The notes under the pieces: model-generated | Told to the model about the DNA's origin: nothing | What the model saw: only the letters and a program-made list of their open reading frames with translations | Database searches by the model: none | Assembly (NCBI GenBank): GCA_965238175.1 | Contig: CBDEGZ010000003.1 | Span: 2,016,001-2,080,000 of the forward strand | DNA length: 64,000 bases | Origin: Gammaproteobacteria bacterium | Lineage (GTDB): Bacteria > Pseudomonadota > Gammaproteobacteria > CAJXQU01 | Direction: 5' to 3' | Program-made: the position numbers and the translations under genes | Shown here: positions 60,658 through 64,000 of the stretch, in pieces | Position numbering within the stretch: the stretch's first letter is position 1 | How the letters are laid out: the number at the start of each line of letters is the position of its first letter

Positions 60658-61541
60658 TAACCATCCATCTCCGCATATTCAACTTCTAGTTCGGCCACTT
60701 TCATGCCTTCTTCATCAGACATTTCTGGCAGGTTATAGATACGATCGCGTTCTTTATGGACTTCCCATAATTTTGGATTGCCCATAATTACCACATCAAT
60801 GACACGTTGATCTTCGTAAGCAAACTGATCTTGTTTCAACACCGCGAATGATTCATTCGCATCGATACTGACATTGCCAGAACTTGCCTCCAATTCACCA
60901 GAAAGGATCTTCATAAAAGTCGATTTTCCACAACCATTCGCACCGATCAAACCATAACGATTACCCTCTCCAAACTTAACAGAGATATTTTCAAAAAGCG
61001 GCTTAGCGCCGAATTGCATCGTGACATTAGCAGTTGTTAGCAAGGTATTTTCCCTGTGGGATTGTCGTGAGATTTTCGGAGCTTAAGTAGTTTAAGGTTC
61101 TCAAAAAAACGCGACATTATACACAGTCGGTGCTTTGTTTAATAAGGCTGCATAGTATTATTCTGTGGAATTTTGAAACGGTACGAGGGGGGAAACCGAG
61201 CGGCTAAGCAAATGTAGACTTTGCAAAGGTTAATTTAGGTCAATTAATGGACAAGATGTGAGAAAACTTATTAATGAACTTTCATAATGTTAGTTGATTT
61301 ATTTATTGTCAAACATCACAAATCGGTGAACACTATGAAAGCCAAAAATATTATTGAAGGAACCTTTAAGAGGTTATGCATTTGGTTAAAGATTTTTGAG
61401 AGATGCAGCGGTTCATGAGAGAGCGTTGTATGTTTAAGCATGCATACCAATTTCAAGGGGATCGCTTAGGGGAAGGCTCATTTATTTTGATTGAATATAA
61501 AACCGTTATCTAACAAAAATAATTTTAAACTTTATTACAAT

Positions 61542-62045
61542 TCATAGGTTTATTATGATTCTTTGGTAGGTTTCTAAAATATCAAGATCTTTTTTCGTCA
61601 GTATACATTTTGATAATTCCATATAAACTTTAGCAATTTCCTGGCACAGGTGCTTGCGAGTGTTTATAGAAGTACCAGATGAGTTGAATGCCTGAATTAA
61701 AAAATAAAATGCTTCTATCAAACATTTCTTTTTTAGTTTATCTTTTTTATGAACATCCCATAGGTTTGCTATATTCAAATATGAAACGATAACTACCCCA
61801 ACCAGGCCATCCGTAAAGTTGCTATTACCTTGATAGATTTCATAATGATTTTTTGCTATCTGTATAGCTTTTTTATAATGCTGTGATGCAATAAATATTT
61901 CACTCTTATTCATTGCATCGTTGGCAAGCATTGTCGTATGCTTCCAGCTAATTTCATCAAAAATATTCATAATTTCGGGATTATCTTTAATAGGGGATTG
62001 TTTATTACTTTTTACGAGTTTAAGAGCTGTCATTTGGTCCATCAT
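61542..62045 (-). CDS. Helical TPR-like protein (DUF2753-like)
   Basis: WKHTTMLAN.A..., HYKKA, VSYLNIANLW; AGGAGG RBS. Confidence 0.6.
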   Translation of the reverse strand: MMDQMTALKLVKSNKQSPIKDNPEIMNIFDEISWKHTTMLANDAMNKSEIFIASQHYKKAIQIAKNHYEIYQGNSNFTDGLVGVVIVSYLNIANLWDVHKKDKLKKKCLIEAFYFLIQAFNSSGTSINTRKHLCQEIAKVYMELSKCILTKKDLDILETYQRIIINL

Positions 62046-62154
62046 AATTCCTCCTTAAGGAAAAAGTAATGCGATCCATAAATTGCTAAATAGCTATAAA
62101 ATATTTGCTGGCTGGGAATACGCTGTTAACTATATATTAAAATAATTATCCATT

Positions 62155-62306
62155 TTATTTGGTCAATATTAGCTTATCATTACGTGTTATTTGTAGAACA
62201 TATTGCTGTCCCATGTGCTCAACCATGATTTTTTTCTGCTTTGAAAAAGTTCAGTTGAGGAATAACATTTCACATTGGGTTTAACGATTTTATCATCAAC
62301 TTTCAT
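62155..62306 (-). pseudogene. hemP: Hemin uptake protein HemP/HmuP, frameshifted in an A7 run
   Basis: MKVDDKIVKPNVKCYSSTELFQSRK, then a shifted frame IMVEHMGQQYVLQITRNDKLILTK*; KLILTK is the HemP hallmark. Confidence 0.85.
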
Positions 62307-62430
62307 ATCTAATCCTGTGAATAATAAAAAAAGCGTCTATTTACAAATGCTTCTTAATTTTCATGGGATCGAGTACTAAAAAATGTCTTTTAAATACTCT
62401 ATAGCACATTCAAAGAAAGAAATTTGATCA

Positions 62431-62670
62431 CTAACTATGTAGATTGGTTACGTTAGTCGTTTCTGTAGCCAACGTTAAATCAGCTTGTCGGCTTTTATTC
62501 ATCTCTAATAGTGCCAGACGTAAATCAGATGAAATCTTTCTGAAATCATCTTCTTTGAAGCGAACGAAAACAGCGCCTACGCTGAGTAAAACAGTTTTAC
62601 AATCAGGGCAATAATGTGCTTCACATGTTTCTGATACTACTAATGATTTTGCATGACAATTTGAATCCAT
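62431..62670 (-). CDS. Small Cys/His protein (possibly DUF6686-like)
   Basis: C...CEAHYCPDC; GAGG RBS; directly downstream of a Fur box. Confidence 0.65.
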   Translation of the reverse strand: MDSNCHAKSLVVSETCEAHYCPDCKTVLLSVGAVFVRFKEDDFRKISSDLRLALLEMNKSRQADLTLATETTNVTNLHS

Positions 62671-62734
62671 CTTATAAATACCTCTCTAATTCGTGTCCTG
62701 TAGTATGCTTCTTAATATTTAATAATCACTCAAC

Positions 62735-62753
62735 GCTAATGATAATCATTATC
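62735..62753. promoter_or_regulatory. Fur box
   Basis: GCTAATGATAATCATTATC, 18/19 match to the consensus GATAATGATAATCATTATC. Confidence 0.9.
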
Positions 62754-63012
62754 AACAAAGTTGTAAAGAGGAGATTATTAAACAGGTTTATTCTTTTTGA
62801 TTGAGGTATAAGATGCTTATAGAAAATTAGTTAGGCTGATGAAAATACTTGTGTTGAAATATTAAATTAAGAAAATAAGTATGATCAGACATCATTTAAA
62901 ATTGCCATATCGAGTTTCTCATAATCTTTCACATATTTTGCTAAAGGATATCTTCTGACGCTAATCCACTTTTAACATCAATTTATTCAAATTAAATAAA
63001 AGAGGAGCTGAT

Positions 63013-63218
63013 ATGGAAGTCAGTTCTATAGGTGTCGCTGAGCATACTCAAACCGCAGCACAAGCAAAACCCGCTACACCTCAAGCCGTACCAGAAGTTA
63101 AAGTCGAAAGTAAACCAACAGAAAGTAAGCTGCTCAAGCAAGAGAAGCGCAAGCAGAATCACAGCCACCTCCATCTACTGACCCTAATGTCGGTAAAATG
63201 ATTAATGTAATTGCTTAA
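63013..63218 (+). pseudogene. Small low-complexity protein, frameshifted
   Basis: GAGGAG RBS; a shifted frame ends AQAESQPPPSTDPNVGKMINVIA*. Confidence 0.5.
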
Positions 63219-63550
63219 ATACTGCAATAAGACAGGAACGACTTAGCGACTGATTTAGCCACTAAGTATATGTTTTTTTTTGATCTATCTAAAAATAAAT
63301 ACTGTAAGATAGATTTGACGTACTAACTACGGATCAATAAACATCCTCCAAATCATGTAACTTCAGGAAGTTGTTTTTTTCAATTTCAAAAGCCTGTATT
63401 TCAAACTCGTTATACCCGCCGTATATTTCAAAACCGAACCGCTAGCTGGAAAATAAATTTTTCTCTATAACTGTTTAGTTTTTTGTATTCATATGTTTGG
63501 ATGACTTATGATCAAGAAATGTTTTATACAAAATTCATCTATACCCGTTC

Positions 63551-64000
63551 GTGAAAAAGCTAGCTTTTAATCTAGTTCTAGTGTGTTTGAGTGCAGCGGC
63601 AGCTATTGCTCTTCATCTTGTGTTGTATTCAACTCTTCTTGGTATGATTTCTGATGACAGGGTTACCAATCAACAAAATAAACAAGCATTTGTAGAAGTA
63701 GGTGAATTTAAAGTCGTCGGGCTTGATGGTGAGATCGCTTTTACAAACGTATCGGATGCGAGAGTGGCAATTAAATCACTTTGGGATCGGTTCAATAGCG
63801 ATGCTGACTTACATAGTATGGCTGACTGGTTGCAACCAAATAGGTATACGCAATCTATACTCCGCTACAAATAGCCGAAAACTTAATGAAGCTTACTGTT
63901 GGTTTTGCACAAACAGATTTTTCTGGATCAATTGCATGTAATGTTGTTGACGTACCGAGTGGTCAATATCATCATTATGTAATGGCATCAGTTGATTTTA
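63551..64000 (+). pseudogene. TM-anchored GyrI-like effector-binding protein, frameshifted, runs off the window
   Basis: FKVVGL, IKSLWDRF; VYAIYT and VDVPSGQY in shifted frames. Confidence 0.55.

Larger units (their letters stand above)
58340..61043 (-). pseudogene. ybiT: ABC-F ATPase YbiT interrupted by IS30
   Basis: [21 protein letters not shown]-terminus; rejoining gives [18 protein letters not shown]; two ABC domains. Confidence 0.92.

Overview
AT-rich gammaproteobacterial chromosome segment with three parts. (1) 1-13.4 kb: the 3' end of an IS481-family element, then an integron gene-cassette array with 21 recognisable attC sites on the + strand and no integrase in the window. Most cassette ORFs are of unknown function or resemble immunity proteins, and about half are damaged by nonsense mutations, frameshifts or IS insertions (IS30, a 179-bp IS3-derived mini-element, an IS481 end). 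(2) 13.5-41 kb: intact core genes (AAA ATPase, phytase-like, dusA, mutH, glnD, map, rpsB-tsf-pyrH-frr-uppS-cdsA-dxr-rseP-bamA-skp-lpxD-fabZ-lpxA-lpxB-rnhB-dnaE-accA-tilS). (3) 41-64 kb: accessory region. It contains an uncharacterised MotA/MotB-like membrane trio next to a vWA-TM-FHA protein (best candidate for a new system), a two-component system, a class III cyclase-FHA/PP2C/ubiG/gph run, nested IS3/IS481, IS30-split ybiT, and a Fur-boxed cluster with an unannotated frameshifted hemP. Family assignments are from motif recognition by eye; no database searches were run.
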